A DNA stretch of 64,000 nt, taken from Octopus vulgaris (taxonomy: Eukaryota). Below the pieces are notes generated by a model. It did no database searches, was not told the origin of the DNA, and was given only the letters and a program-made list of their open reading frames with translations. Below are positions 1 to 12,930 of this stretch, one piece after another. The stretch lies in the NCBI GenBank assembly GCA_951406725.2, contig OX597821.1:39370001-39434000 (forward strand), in the 5' to 3' direction. A program made the position numbers and the translations under genes. Positions within the stretch are counted from its first letter, which is position 1. Every line of letters starts with the position of its first letter.

Positions 1-40
1 GCTCTTTCACAACAACAACGGCAAGAACGGCAGCAACAGT

Positions 41-410
41 GGAAGCGCAATGGCCCAGTGGTTAGAGCAGCGGACTCATGGTCGGAGGATCACGGTTTCG
101 ATTCCCAGACCGGGCATTGTGTGTGTTTATTGAGCGAAAACACCTAAAGCTCCATGAGGCTCCGGCAGGGTGTGGTGGCGACCCCTGTTGTACTCTTTCG
201 CCCCAACTTTCTCTCACTCTTTCTTCCTGTTTCTTGTCCCCGACTTCCTATGCAACCGCTGAGCCTGGATGTGCATTCATCCATCCGTTGATGCTCTCGG
301 TGTCAGGGGTTGACCTACTTTTTCTTCTGCGGGTCTTACGAATAGCAAAGGACCATGTTTCAGACTTCTAGGATGAAGACCTCTTCGCTCAACAAACAAA
401 CAAACAAACA
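41..410 (+). mobile_element. tRNA-derived SINE (local type E)
   Basis: A-box TGGCCCAGTGG (51-61), B-box-like GGTTTCGATTCCC (~94-106), unique body, (CAAA)n tail; sits in a CAA-rich tract. Confidence 0.75.
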
Positions 411-464
411 GCAACAACAACAACAACAGATAATAATAATGATTTTATTTATTTGCCAGTTTAT

Positions 465-620
465 GATTTTAACACAAGGTCAGCAGATTTGATGGGTGGA
501 GATTAGTTGATCCCGTATAGCCTGGTTCTTGAATGGTACTTTATTTTACCAACACCAAAGAGATGAAAGGCAAATATGACCTCAGCAGTATTTGAACCCA
601 GTACATAAAGATAACCAACC
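465..620 (-). mobile_element. SINE family A, degenerate
   Basis: Reverse complement resembles the GTCGACTTTGCCTTTCATCC...AAGTACCA core of the better-preserved copies. Confidence 0.6.
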
Positions 621-649
621 AAACAATGCATAATTTTAAATTTAATTAA

Positions 650-860
650 AGCAACGAGCTGGCCAAATTGTTAGTACACCAGGCAAAATGCTTAGTGGTA
701 TTTAGTCAGGCTTTATGTTCTAAGTTCAAATTCTGCTGAAGTTGTGCTTCCCTTTCGTCAGAGTTGATAAAAATAAGTACCAGTTGCATAAGGGGGGAGT
801 CAATGTAATCAACTTAACCCTTCCTCCAGAACCTTTGGCTTTGTGTCAAAATCTGAAACT
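650..860 (+). mobile_element. SINE family A
   Basis: GAGCTGGC head, AGTTCAAATTC B-box-like motif, TAAGTACCAG core. Confidence 0.75.
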
Positions 861-902
861 AATGTTTCATCCAATTCTCTTTCGTTCTGTTTTATTAATA
901 AG

Positions 903-1106
903 CCTTTCTACTAAAAGGCACAATGCCTGATATTTGGGGGCTGAGGGTAAGTTCACTAACCCCTGTGCTCAACTGGTACTTATTTTTTCAATGCCAAGAA
1001 GGACGAAGGGCAAAGTTAACCTTCTTTGAATTTGAATTCAGAATATGTAAAGAAAGATTAAATGCTCACATTTTGCCTGGCATGGAAACGATTCTGCCAG
1101 CACACC
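903..1106 (-). mobile_element. SINE family A
   Basis: CTGGTACTTA, GAATTTGAATTCAGAA and TTCTGCCAGC on + strand are family A motifs in reverse. Confidence 0.7.
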
Positions 1107-1204
1107 CACTTTGTTATCAGAAATATGGAAGGAGAGAGGAAGCATAATTGACATTTCATTGATTTTGGATGAATGAAAGATATTTAGCTTTAGCTGGATT
1201 GGAA

Positions 1205-1560
1205 ATCTTTTATCTTCACCTTTTACTTAGACTCTGGCCAGAGGCGCCACCTTGAGGAGTTTTAGTTGACTGAAACAAACAAGTATTTTTTTAAAATCCT
1301 GGTTCTTATTTTATTGGTCTCTATTGCCGAACAGTAAAGTTATGGAGACATAAACATACAAAAATGGCTGTTGAACAATAGTGGGAGATTAAACACACAC
1401 ACACACGGTATGCTTCTTTCAGTTTCCATCTACCATATCCACTCACAAGCCTTTGGTTGACCTGAGGCTATAGCACAAAACACTCACACAAGGTGCCGAG
1501 CAGGGGGATTGAACCTGGAACCATGTGGTTAGGAAGCAAACTTTCTACCAAACAGTCACT
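1205..1560 (-). mobile_element. tRNA-derived SINE family B
   Basis: Reverse complement aligns by eye with the copy at 49572-49910 (head, GGAAACTGAAAGAAGC, TG tract, GGTG(G)CGCC tail). Confidence 0.75.
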
Positions 1561-3717
1561 GATTAGGAAATTTTTATATAAATACTCTGTAACACATTTT
1601 ATGGAAAGCAGAAGTAATTTCTTATCTTTTTGGATAAATCCAAATGAAGACATTCTCCTTCACAGTCTTAAGAGTCATCCCTGAGAATTCTATTGTTCCC
1701 AGTATATAGCTGGTATGTTTTTTTAATTGGTCCTAGAAGAATCGAAAATAAAGTTGACATTCAAGTGTCATAGGGAAGATGGCACGAGACTGTAAAACAC
1801 GAGAGGATATTTGAACTTATTGTAAGCAGATCTATTCTATGCCATTGATGATAATAAACGGATTTTATTCTGTTAATGTTTTATGACCTTGAGGCTAAAT
1901 TTACTCTTCTCTTCTGATCATCTCCACGGAAGAACATAAAGCTAGCTTTAAAAAATGCATATTGTATTAGTTGTGTTAGTATCGTCGTCATAATATAACT
2001 ACTTGCTTAGATTTTGATCTCCCTCCTATTATGTTCATTAAGTGAACTTAACGTCCACCTCTGAGTGAATTGCATGTTGTCTTTTATTTGTCCATTCTTT
2101 ACCTTCTCCTAAAATATATTTTGCTTCTCAGGTTTGGCAAGGGATTCTGGAGATATTGATTTATACATATAGTTCTTTACCTAACAGTAATGTTTCTCTG
2201 TAGGACAACAGAGACACGAGGAGCTCCTAACACCCATCTCCAGATATAGGCATGTATGTGTTTGCATGCATCCGTGTGTGTGTGTGTACATGCGTGCGTA
2301 TGTGTATATGTATACATACACATGTATATGACTATCTGGGCATGTACATATTTGTATGTAGATGCACATACACTCAGTAAATGAACAAAAGCAAATGAAA
2401 TTAATGAAAAACAGCAAAAGAGACAGGTGTACAAAAAAGGAACAAATAAAATAAATAGAAAGCAAAAACAAGAAGCAAAAATTGCAAGCCAAACATTCAG
2501 AGACCATGAAACGGCTGAGAAGATAAACAGTCGCCTATTGAAATGATAGTAGTGACTGGTCACAGTTGAATTTGCAAATCTATAAATGCATGTCTCTCTA
2601 TTCTCTCAACATTTTAGCAAGCTAGCATGAAATTATAATTCATATGCTTCTGTTAGTCTATCATATTTTATTTTTACATCAGCTCTTTCTTTTATATTTT
2701 ATTGTTTTGATACATATTTCTATCTTTTCGTTTTTGTTTTTGTTATGGTGGGTGATTGGTAAGTGGAAGTCAGTTCTGTTGCTCAGCGATCCAATTGCCA
2801 GAGCTTGTCCATTAGCTATCACAGTTTCCATTGATCCTAAACTATTCGACATTGCATTTATTTGTTTATTTCTGCTACAAAATCAATATCACAAGTGGAA
2901 GCTCATTGCAGAACATAAGTCAATAGTCAACCTGCTATTTATCACTCTCTTCAAACCAGTCGACTGCAACTTCAACTGGACTTTTGCAACAGTTTTTTGC
3001 ATGCTTTTCATGGGTTTTTTTTTTATTGTCCCTTGACCTATTTTTACATATGTCAATTTCAGTTCCAGCACTGGAACACTTTTCCATATTTTTTCAATAC
3101 TCTAACAGACATTTTATAGTTCTTAGCATTATCCATACTACAATTTCAGAAATGTGCAACAACAACCTCTTACCCAGCTTCTCTCTCTCTCTCTCTGGCC
3201 TGGGCCAAGCTTCGCTTAAAACATATCAACATATCAAGTTATTTAAATCACACACACACACACACACAAAGGTAAAAGAGGAGAGTTAGGGCTACACATA
3301 AACACAAAGTGAACGGTCAGTGTCTCTGTAAGAAAAAACAAGAGAAAGAGAATACACACACACACACAGCCACACATGCATGCACACATACACACACACA
3401 CCACACACTACACATACATACATTCATGCACACTCCTATATATACAGCTGTACAGTTTCCACTTTCTGACATGTTTTTGAAATTAAAATGGCCCCTGCTC
3501 CTCAGAATTGTCTGACCTCAGATCTAATTATTACTCAACAAAACTTAATCTACTCCAGAAAATTTCAGCCAAACAGAGATTCTTTAAACCCAAGATGAAC
3601 TCAATTGTATTGCAGTCCAATGATGGCTTAGCTGACCGATTCTTCAAAGTCACTGTTAATACAATTCTTGGTAATGAATAATACATACATACATGCATGC
3701 ATACATACATATATATA

Positions 3718-4175
3718 TCATCATTTAACGTCCGCTTTCCATGCTAGCATGGGTTGGACGATTTGACTGAGGTCTGGCGAACCAGACTCCAATCTGATCT
3801 GGCAGAGTTTCTACAGCTGGATGCCCTTCCTAATGCCAACCACTCAGAGAGTGTAGTGGGTGCTTTTATGTGCCACCGGCACGAGGGCCAGTTTGGGGGG
3901 TACTGGCAATGGCCACACCCAAATGGTGCTTTTTATGTGCCACCTGCACAGGAGCCAGTCCAGCAGCACTGGCAACGACCTTGCTCAAATGTTTCTCATG
4001 CCACCAGCACAAGTGCTAGTAAGGCAACACGGTAATGATCATACTCGAATGGTGTGTTTAACGTGCCATCGGCACGAAGGCCAGCTTGTTGCTCTGGCAA
4101 CGATCTCACTCGTATGGTACTCTTTGTGTTCCACTAGCAAGGGATGCCAGTCACCTAGTTTGATTTCGACTTCGA
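3718..4175 (-). mobile_element. RTE LINE 3' end / RTE-derived non-autonomous element (family C)
   Basis: (CAT)n-TTTAACGTCCGCTTTCCATGCTAGCATGGGTTGGACG terminus; internal 61-67 bp repeats with GTGCCACCGGCAC. Confidence 0.8.
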
Positions 4176-4290
4176 TATATATATATATACTAGTTTAAAA
4201 GCAACCTTTCAGCTAGCTCCTGTGGAGCCAGAAGGCTGCACCAGTCTTGATCTGATCTGACAAAGTTTCTACAGCTATATATATATATAT

Positions 4291-4347
4291 ATAAGTAAAT
4301 AAATGGAGTTGAACGCAGATATTATTCAACTCCATTTATTTACTTAT
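4291..4347. repeat. 23-bp inverted repeat; terminus of the Penelope-like family seen at 51.2-51.4 kb
   Basis: ATAAGTAAATAAATGGAGTTGAA ... TTCAACTCCATTTATTTACTTAT; same sequence ends the ribozyme-bearing fragment at ~51345-51367. Confidence 0.7.
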
Positions 4348-5596
4348 ACTATACAAATTACTGCACATTAACCCGGAGTTTCTACCTTTGAATAAGTCGC
4401 TACATCCTTGTTACTTGTGTGAATTTTGCTACCCTGGTAACTGTTTATTGAATTTTCCATGTTAACAGTAAACATATATATAAATATATATATATATAAA
4501 TATATATAAATTTAGTTATGCTAAGTACCTATAATCTTTTTTCTCATTCATTATATATATTGTTATTGTAGTTTATAAATCCAAGCATGAAAACGTCACT
4601 CAACTTTGGAGTTTTGGAGACAGACTCCCCCTTTTCACACACACACATGCACTTATATATTAATGATTTACCCAAATACATAACAGGTGTACATAATACT
4701 GAAATATGCATAAAGTAAACACATCCAGACAAATATGTTAATATAACAAATTTTTAAAAATGATAAGAAATACAATCAATGAAGAGACAAAAGAAACAGT
4801 AATATGATACATGTTGATTTTATTAGGTACTTCTGTTTATTTAGAAACCTACAGTGAACGGGTCAGACGCTAAACTATAGATTTCACTGGATACAACCTT
4901 CAAGTTGACACCGCTCCAGTAAACACAGAAAATTTCTGTTTCGCTATTGGCTAAAAATACCCATATTTTTTTGATTTCTAAACCTCAGTAATTTTTTTCT
5001 CCAATTTTTTGTTCCACATCATACCTTCAAAGCAATGAGACTAGAAGGCTACATTATTATAACTGATTTTCAGATTTTGTACTTTCTTTTAAAAAATGCA
5101 TATTTTACGAATGTAAAAAACTAGATCCAGTGATGATGATGATGATGATGAGGATGATGATGGTGATAATGATGATGATGATGACTATGATGATCTCGAC
5201 TTTCAAAGAAGGTTGAACAATTACTTGGTATATATGCATGTAGAAATTATATATCATCACTTTAATCTCCATTTCTGTCTGTTTGCATGAGTCAAAGAGA
5301 ATCGGTTGAGATGGATTTTGTACTGATTGATGACGAACTTTCCTGTCACCAGCCCTCACCCAGTTCCAGCAAAGTACTTTTACCCCATGGCCAGACATGA
5401 TTCCATTGAAGACTGAAAATGAGGGACTCCACTCGTATGAAGGGGACTTTGATATCTATCCTCTGATGTCTAAACATGAAAGCACGCATATGCCAAGCCT
5501 TCTTTCAGTTTCCATCTGTCTGTCTGTCAGCTAGTCTACTTATCTATCTGTCAATGTGTATGTATGTGTATGTGTGTGTTTATTTATGTATACAAA

Positions 5597-6726
5597 CATA
5601 CATGGCATGGTGAATAAATTGTCATCTAAATTACGCAAAAGTGAAAATAACACTGACATCTCATTTTAACAGATATATTTACCAAAATTACATAAAAATA
5701 TCTTAAAATACTAAAGAGTAAATTTATTCAATAAAATCAATATTGGCTTCGACCATAGCCTCCAAACAACTTTGGAATCTTCTGCAACTCTTCTGCCAGT
5801 ATCCTTGTTTAAATTGGTCAACACTGCCATAATCCTTGCCTTCAGTTCATCTTTGGTGTGTGTTACGGGGAGTTTTGTTGGTCTCTCATTCAACTGTGCT
5901 CCACACATAATAATTAAGGGGGCTGCAGTCTAGGGGGTTAGGTGGCCAGATGTTAGGGGTGATGTGGTCGCAGAAACTGTCTGACAGCCGTGACTGGGTT
6001 TTCTTGCTTGAGCCTCGCCTGGCCCCCGTGCCGGTGGCACGTAAAAACACCGTCCGTTCGTGGCCGTTTGCCAGCTCTGTCTGGCACCTGTGCAGGTGGC
6101 ATGTAAAAAGCACCCACTACACTCACGGAGTGGTTGGCGTTAGGAAGGGCATCCAGACATAGAAACACTGCCAGATCTGACTGGGCCTGATGAAGCCTTC
6201 CGGCTTCACAGACCCTAGTTAAACTGTCCAACCCATGCTAGCATGGAAAACGGACGCTAAATGATGATGATGTGGCATGGTGCAGAGTCCTGTTGCCAGA
6301 CATAAGGTCGTCCAGCAGCCACCCCTTCATCCAGGGCAGTTATCTCCTCCAGGCACTTGATGTAGGCCTCTATGTTGAGTTTGAATCCATGTGGGAAGAT
6401 GAATGGTATAGTGATCATTCCAGACGCCATGATGTTGACTGGATGTTTGATTTTTATCTCAGTACATGTTTTGGGGACACAGCAAGCCAACGGATGTTCT
6501 GTGTGTTCATCTGTTTGTATTGGAGCTTTCGGCACGAATGCCAAGCAGTACAGCATGCTGTTTCCAATTCTCTGGCAGAGTGAATTGTGCCGTGGTGCTA
6601 TTTTTCTAACAGGCTGTGCCCAATGACCCTACTATACTGTGTAGTTGACAAAATAAAAAACAAACAATGTGCATGTGCAAAATTAGAAATATAAAATGGT
6701 GACAACTTACCCATTGCACCCAATAT
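5597..6726 (-). mobile_element. Internally deleted Tc1/mariner (maT, DD37D) transposon
   Basis: Transposase remnants VWQQDSAPCH and WPPNPLDCSPLNYYVW; imperfect TIRs at ~5597-5628 and ~6697-6726; split by an RTE 3' insertion. Confidence 0.85.
6011..6272 (+). mobile_element. RTE 3' end nested in the maT element
   Basis: GTGCCGGTGGCACGTAAAAA repeats and CCCATGCTAGCATGGAAAACGGACG...(GAT)n tail; interrupts the transposase between catalytic residues. Confidence 0.85.
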
Positions 6727-6762
6727 ATGTATATATATCATGTTTGTATATTTGTGTATGTT

Positions 6763-6797
<35 letters not shown>

Positions 6798-6816
6798 TGT
6801 ACATTTATATGTGTAT

Positions 6817-6852
<36 letters not shown>

Positions 6853-7107
6853 CTAATGTACAATTATATGTGTATGTATGTATATATGTATGTATGTATA
6901 TATATATATGTATGTATATATGTATGTATGTGTGTACATATATATATATATATATATACGTGTATATATATATCTAATGTACAATTATGTGTATGTATGC
7001 ATGTATATATGTATGTATGTGCGTACATATATATATACACGTATATATATATCTAATGTACAATTATGTGTATGTATGTATGTATGTATGTATATATGTA
7101 TGTGTGT

Positions 7108-7164
<57 letters not shown>

Positions 7165-7165
7165 T
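6727..7165. repeat. Compound (TA)n/(TATG)n microsatellite with repeated ATCTAATGTACAATTA subunit
   Basis: Direct reading; subunit recurs at ~6851, ~6972, ~7051. Confidence 0.95.
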
Positions 7166-7554
7166 GCTTATTCAATACACAACACACCATGTAGTGGAAA
7201 GGAAATAACAGCCATGAATGGATGTTTAAGTAAGGCTGTTGTGAGTTTGTGACTGGTTGTTTTATGATAAATGCCTGCCTTTGTAGAACATTACACATCT
7301 AATTTACTGCTCCGCTTTCATTTTAGAACAGGCTTTATGAACTTGTATGCAAATTAATAGAAGAATTAAGGCTTTTCATGAGGGATGCATACATGCACAT
7401 GTATATATGGTGAGTAAAGCAACCCAGGCATGTATACACACAGATGTGTATATACATGCATGCCAATAAACACATAACCATGTACACACAAACACACACT
7501 CACTCACACACACACGCACACACACACGCACGCACGCACACACACACACGCACG

Positions 7555-7593
<39 letters not shown>

Positions 7594-8449
7594 GAGTAAT
7601 ATGTAAAACATGAACTGACATACGAGTCTGCAACAAGCTGGATGTCACTTCTCTTACTGTAAATCTTCATCATAAATCATTAACTCTCTCCCTCTCATTC
7701 CCTCTCTTTCTTTCTCTTTATCTTTCTCTCTCTCTCTTACACACATATGCACACACACTTTGTCTCTTCCATGTAAACACAGACACACACACACACACAC
7801 AAAGTAGGGAAAAAGTGAAACTATGATAACACTATATTGCCAATGGCCTCAGCTTCTACACTGCAATATAAAACAGTTGTATGAGTTTGATAGTCTATAT
7901 CAAACACAAACATGAATATATAAATATCTGCATTTGTGCTAAGATTGATTAACAGTTCTTCTTCAAGGCATATGTGCAAAATAAAATATTATTATGACCA
8001 GCTTCCTGTGGCAACGAAGAGTGGATAGTCTTCTTCTGTCTGGTGGCCATAGCGAATGCAGTTGACAGGTTTGAGGACCAAGTTGTATTGTGAAGACAAG
8101 ACCACATTGAATATGGTTTAAAGAGGGAAATGTGGGTCGAGAGGAAGATGCTATGCTCTGGTAAATTTCTCATGTGGCATAGAGCTTGATCATAAGGAAA
8201 CTGAGCGGGTAGAGCAGCCTCCTGTATGGCTATGAGCTGATAACAGAACTGGGGGAAGACACTGGCCTTTGATCAGTCAGAGTAATCATGAGGAATATAT
8301 AAGGTTCCCCCAAATAACCCTGTTGAGGCAGGTTTGCTTAATTTTGAGGTGTTGTTTTCTTGGTTTCATACAAGTGTTATTATTTATAATAATGAAATTA
8401 TTGTATACAGTGCTCAGGTGCACCACATGATGTAGACCCATGGCTGATA

Positions 8450-8598
8450 CTGACTCATGTATGGGCATCCAGCTGTAGAAACTCTGCCAGATCAGATTGG
8501 AGTCTGGTGCAGCCATCTGGTTCGCCAGACCTCAGTCAAATCGTCCAACCCATGCTAGCATGAAAAGCGGACATTAAACAATGATGATGATGATGATG
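8450..8598 (+). mobile_element. RTE 3' end (family C)
   Basis: GGGCATCCAGCTGTAGAAACTCTGCCAGATCAG...CCATGCTAGCATG...(GAT)n. Confidence 0.85.
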
Positions 8599-8699
8599 TT
8601 GGTGGTCAAAGCAAGCTCAGTGAAAGGTCAGCTGCAGTCACAGATTGTCGAAATGGACTCCTGAAGACCAGAGAGCTGTATCACAACTGCCCTATGTAG

Positions 8700-8860
8700 C
8701 TGTGTATACTTGGGAGATTTTTGAGCCAGAAATCCTGGACACCATCTGCTCCGGGGGTTTTCCAGGTTGGTATTTTCCTAATCTTTTCTTTTTCTTCTTA
8801 CCTGTGATTGCTCTATTCTCTTGTGTCGTTCCATCTTCCAGTTCTCTTTTAAATTCCCAT
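8700..8860 (-). pseudogene. R4/Dong-type LINE RT N-terminal fragment
   Basis: Minus strand translates to KIPTWKTPGADGVQDFWLKNL, matching the NWKAPGPDGVxxFWLK motif of R4-type ORFs. Confidence 0.55.
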
Positions 8861-9254
8861 GACCAGTTTGTTTTTAGGTTACGTTGGACAGTGACTAAAC
8901 CAGCAACCCCGAAGAATTTGCTTTGTGAGTAGAGTGTTTTTCTTGCTATTTGGTCACCCTGCAGAAGGGAACACAAGACCTAAGAGCAGATGAACTTTGA
9001 GGAGTCAATGGCCATCCAAATAGCAGCTCTTTATTGGTGTTATTGATGAGGCCATTACCCCTTAGAACAATAGTAGTAGTAATAATGATAATAATAATAA
9101 GAAGAAGACGAAGGAGAATTGTGTTACTAAACTCTACACTTGGAAGTTTAGCCATGTGAATACTTTGTCATACTAGGATGCTAAATATCTGATTGGAGAT
9201 GTTTCAAATCTATTTTACCACAGTCACTGCCTTGTGCATCTATTTTTCCCCCTT

Positions 9255-9305
9255 TCAAGATGGTGCCCCAGTATGGTCAGAGTTCAATATCTGAAACAAG
9301 TAAAA
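9255..9305 (+). mobile_element. Isolated SINE family B / CR1-type 3' tail
   Basis: GGTGCCCCAGTATGGTCAGAG...CTGAAACAAGTAAAAG. Confidence 0.6.
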
Positions 9306-9604
9306 GGAAAGACAAAATAAATAAAAGAAAAATGAGACAAGGATTTCTGTAATTCCTTTTTTCCTTCTCCTTGAATCCAAGAACAAGTCTTTACCTCTTT
9401 TAGCTGGTCTAGACCAAGTGACAGAGCAGCGTCATTTGTTCATGAGGGCATCCAGGTTCCCTGTTCCCTGAAGCAATGTTACCTCTTCCATGTTACCATA
9501 TATGTTCTCTTGTGGTATTTAACTGTTGTTTGCTTAGACCTCACAATATTCTTATCAATAAACTGTTATAATAAATATATAGATCTCCCTAGGTAACTGT
9601 ATAT

Positions 9605-10228
9605 TACGTGGCACCTTGGGCAAGTGTTTTCTACTATAGCCTCAGGCTGACCTAACCAAGGCCTTGTGAGTAGATTTGACTGATGGAAACTGAAAGGTGG
9701 TGAGCTGGCAGAAATGTTAGCATGCCGGGCGAAATGCTTAGCAGTATTTCATCTGCCATTACATTCTGAGTTCAAATTCTGCTGAGGTCAACTTTGCCTT
9801 TCATCCTTTCGGAGTTAATAAATTAAGTACCAGTTACCCACTGGGGGCGATGTAATTGACTTAATCCCTTTGTCTGTCCTTGTTTGTCCCCTCTATGTTT
9901 AGCCCCTTGTGTGCAATAAAGAAATAGGAAACTGAAAGAAGCTTGCTATATATATGTTTTTACATATGTTTGTGTGTAACTTTAGCCTTGCCTTTACATC
10001 ACGTGATAATTGTGACTGTCAGTATCGTACAAGTGATATACTTTGTCTCAAATCTTCCAAGGAAACATGCCTGACTACGGAGCAATGCTGCATTACTTTG
10101 GAAACACATGATGCTTGCTGACAGGAAGGGCATCCGGCCATAGGATATCTGCCTCAACAAATTCTGTTTGCCCCATGTGAGCATGACAGAGTGGATGTTA
10201 GAACTGAGGATGACGATGATGATGATGA
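9605..10228 (+). mobile_element. SINE family B-related element ending in an RTE-type (GAT)n tail, with nested family A copy (9697-9926)
   Basis: 12-bp TSD GGAAACTGAAAG at 9685-9696 and 9927-9938 flanks the full-length family A insert; 3' part has AGGAAGGGCATCCGGC...GGATGTTA...(GAT)n. Confidence 0.8.
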
Positions 10229-10340
10229 TAACTCTGTTTCATTTTAATGTACTCAGATGCATTGTAATATATATTTTTCTACATTTTTTTTAATGCGTTG
10301 TACTTGCAGAAGCCCTTTGAGGTTACTTATCTACCCTGTA

Positions 10341-10573
10341 TTAGTTAGTTAGTTAGTTAATTTTTTGGCTCAAAAAGCAAAAAGCAAGGCCATGTAGGGG
10401 GACATAGAGTTATGTACAGGGTGGTGTTCATGTAAATAGTTCAGGCCACTTGAGGTCAAGGAAGACTTTGAACCGAGCGGTCGTCGGCATCTTCACCATC
10501 TCGTCCAGCAGCTTATTCCACGGATCCGCAACCCGGACGGGGAAAGCCCCTCTCCTTCGATTGAGATGAAATC
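10341..10573 (-). mobile_element. 5'-truncated CR1-clade LINE 3' end
   Basis: Minus strand reads FHLNRRRGAFPVRVADPWNKLLDEMVKMPTTARFKVFLDLKWPELFT*, then a short UTR and (TAAC)n tail. Confidence 0.8.
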
Positions 10574-11229
10574 ATTGCAGTATCCAGCCTGTATCAGCTT
10601 AGATTCACGTCTGCTCTCTCGCTCGTCATCTACTCATTTTGGTTTCCATCTATGCTATTCCTTTTATTCTATGCACCCTTATTTCATCCTTTTTACCCTT
10701 TATCTATCTACCCTACTGCCCTTATTCTTGATCTTGCAAACAGAAAAAACATTTTTTATTGTTTCAACATTGAGAAAATACATGCAAAGTCTTCGCTTTA
10801 TTAGTCGTAATGGCTGTGAAAACAAAACGACGACAAAGATAATGCTGATGGCAAGGGAAATGATTATGATGGTGATGATGATGATGATAATTTTACATCA
10901 ATAGCCACCTATTTTTATAACACATTTAGTTCATACATATTTAGGAACCCTTTGACAATTTCTCCCTCTCCCACCCACCCAGCTCTCTCTCTCTCCCACC
11001 CACCCAGCTCTCTCTCTCTCTTCTATACAACCATAGGTATACAAGCATAGTTGTGCACATAAACAACTGCACTTACATGCATATACTCACACAATACACA
11101 CACATACACACACACACGCATATGTACATACATATCTGTATCTTTATACTTATATACATGCATATATATGAGTGTTTATATATGTATGTATGTCCAAGTG
11201 CATGTGTGTGCATACAGACACACACACAT

Positions 11230-11265
<36 letters not shown>

Positions 11266-11339
11266 ACATATGTCATTCAATGAAGAAGACATTGAGGAGA
11301 AAATTACTGTAATAATGAAACTTGCCTAATCAGCATTAT

Positions 11340-11373
11340 TGATAATAACAATGATAATAATAATAATCATAAC

Positions 11374-11406
<33 letters not shown>

Positions 11407-11430
11407 TACAATAATAATAATAATAATAAT
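11340..11430. repeat. (AAT)n microsatellite
   Basis: Direct reading. Confidence 0.95.
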
Positions 11431-11819
11431 TGGTGTTACACAGATTGAGAAATGACTATGGTGAAAGTTTTCTTTGCCCTGCCATTTTCCATTTAATCAA
11501 TACCCTATTGATGCTATGTTATTAATTGCCCATGCATTAGCAACTCTCTCTCTCTCTCTCTCTCTGTTTATACACATCACCGCTTCATTTGTCGAAGCAA
11601 TCTTCACCATCTACCCTCACCCCCTGGCCTTCCCCACCTTCCAGCGACTGCTAATCTTTCTAAGCCTCCTACAATGCCAATTTTGCAACGATTTCTTTGT
11701 TTTTGTTTGGTTGGTTTTTGTGTTTTGTATTTTTGTTGCTTTTTCTCTCTAAGCCTTTCAATGGAAATGACCGAATTTACCGGAATATTAACAGATGTAA
11801 AGTTTATTTCTTTCACCTC

Positions 11820-11876
11820 ATATGCACACATACACACATGCACACACATGCACATACGTATATACATACATACATT

Positions 11877-11920
<44 letters not shown>

Positions 11921-12257
11921 CATATATATATATACATACATATAAATATATATACATACATATATATATATATATATATGCATGTATATATAAGTATATA
12001 TATGCATGTATATATAAGTATGTATGCATAAATATACATATATACAATATATACATTATACGTATATATAATATACATACATTATTATATAATATATATA
12101 TTTATATATACACAGTATATGCATTATATGTATATATAATATATATACATTATCATATAATATATATATTTATATATACACAAATATATACATTATAAGT
12201 ATATATAATATATATATGACACATATGTGTATGTATGTATGTATCTATGTGTGTGTA

Positions 12258-12295
<38 letters not shown>

Positions 12296-12733
12296 AAACT
12301 GCTTGCCAGGCAACTCTGATGCTAATTTCTTTATCAATGGACAACTGTTCATTGAGAACAGTGGATTTATTTTGTCTTTTCTGGCTGGGTCAGTAGAGTG
12401 AGGTGGTGGCAGTGGTGGTGGTGGTGGGACATGCAGAAAATGAAGAACTAAGTGTTTTTCTCTCAATAGAAATACTTGTAACATATTAGTGAATATTTCA
12501 TTACCCTGAAACTATTAGTATATAAGAGAGTGTTCAGCTTTGGATCAATAGTCATTTCCCAAATTCCTTGACCACTTCAGCCACATCATTTCTATTCAAT
12601 GAATGCTTGCTGCTATTTTCAAAACACTAATTGATTGTTGATCATCGAATTGTTAGCAGCATTTATTGATTATTTTTTTAACATGTATACATACATAAAC
12701 ATAAAGTTATATATATATATATAATTATATATA

Positions 12734-12796
<63 letters not shown>

Positions 12797-12930
12797 ATAT
12801 ATATATTGTATATATATACATATATACACAGACATGCACACACATATATATATATATATATATACACATACATAATTACATACACACTTTATATATATAT
12901 ATATATATTTTACACATATATGTGTGTGTG
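11820..12930. repeat. Two (TA)n/(CA)n/(TG)n compound microsatellite blocks (11820-12295, 12690-12930)
   Basis: Direct reading. Confidence 0.9.

Noticed and set aside
41-115. Bona fide tRNA genes here, at 27008-27075, 31760-31830 and 49572-49640
   Set aside because: Only A/B boxes with no complete acceptor stem or oligo-T terminator; each continues into a repeat body
2400-3100. Unique-looking sequence with short ORFs as a possible host exon
   Set aside because: No recognisable protein motif or convincing splice-bounded frame; could be regulatory but cannot be supported
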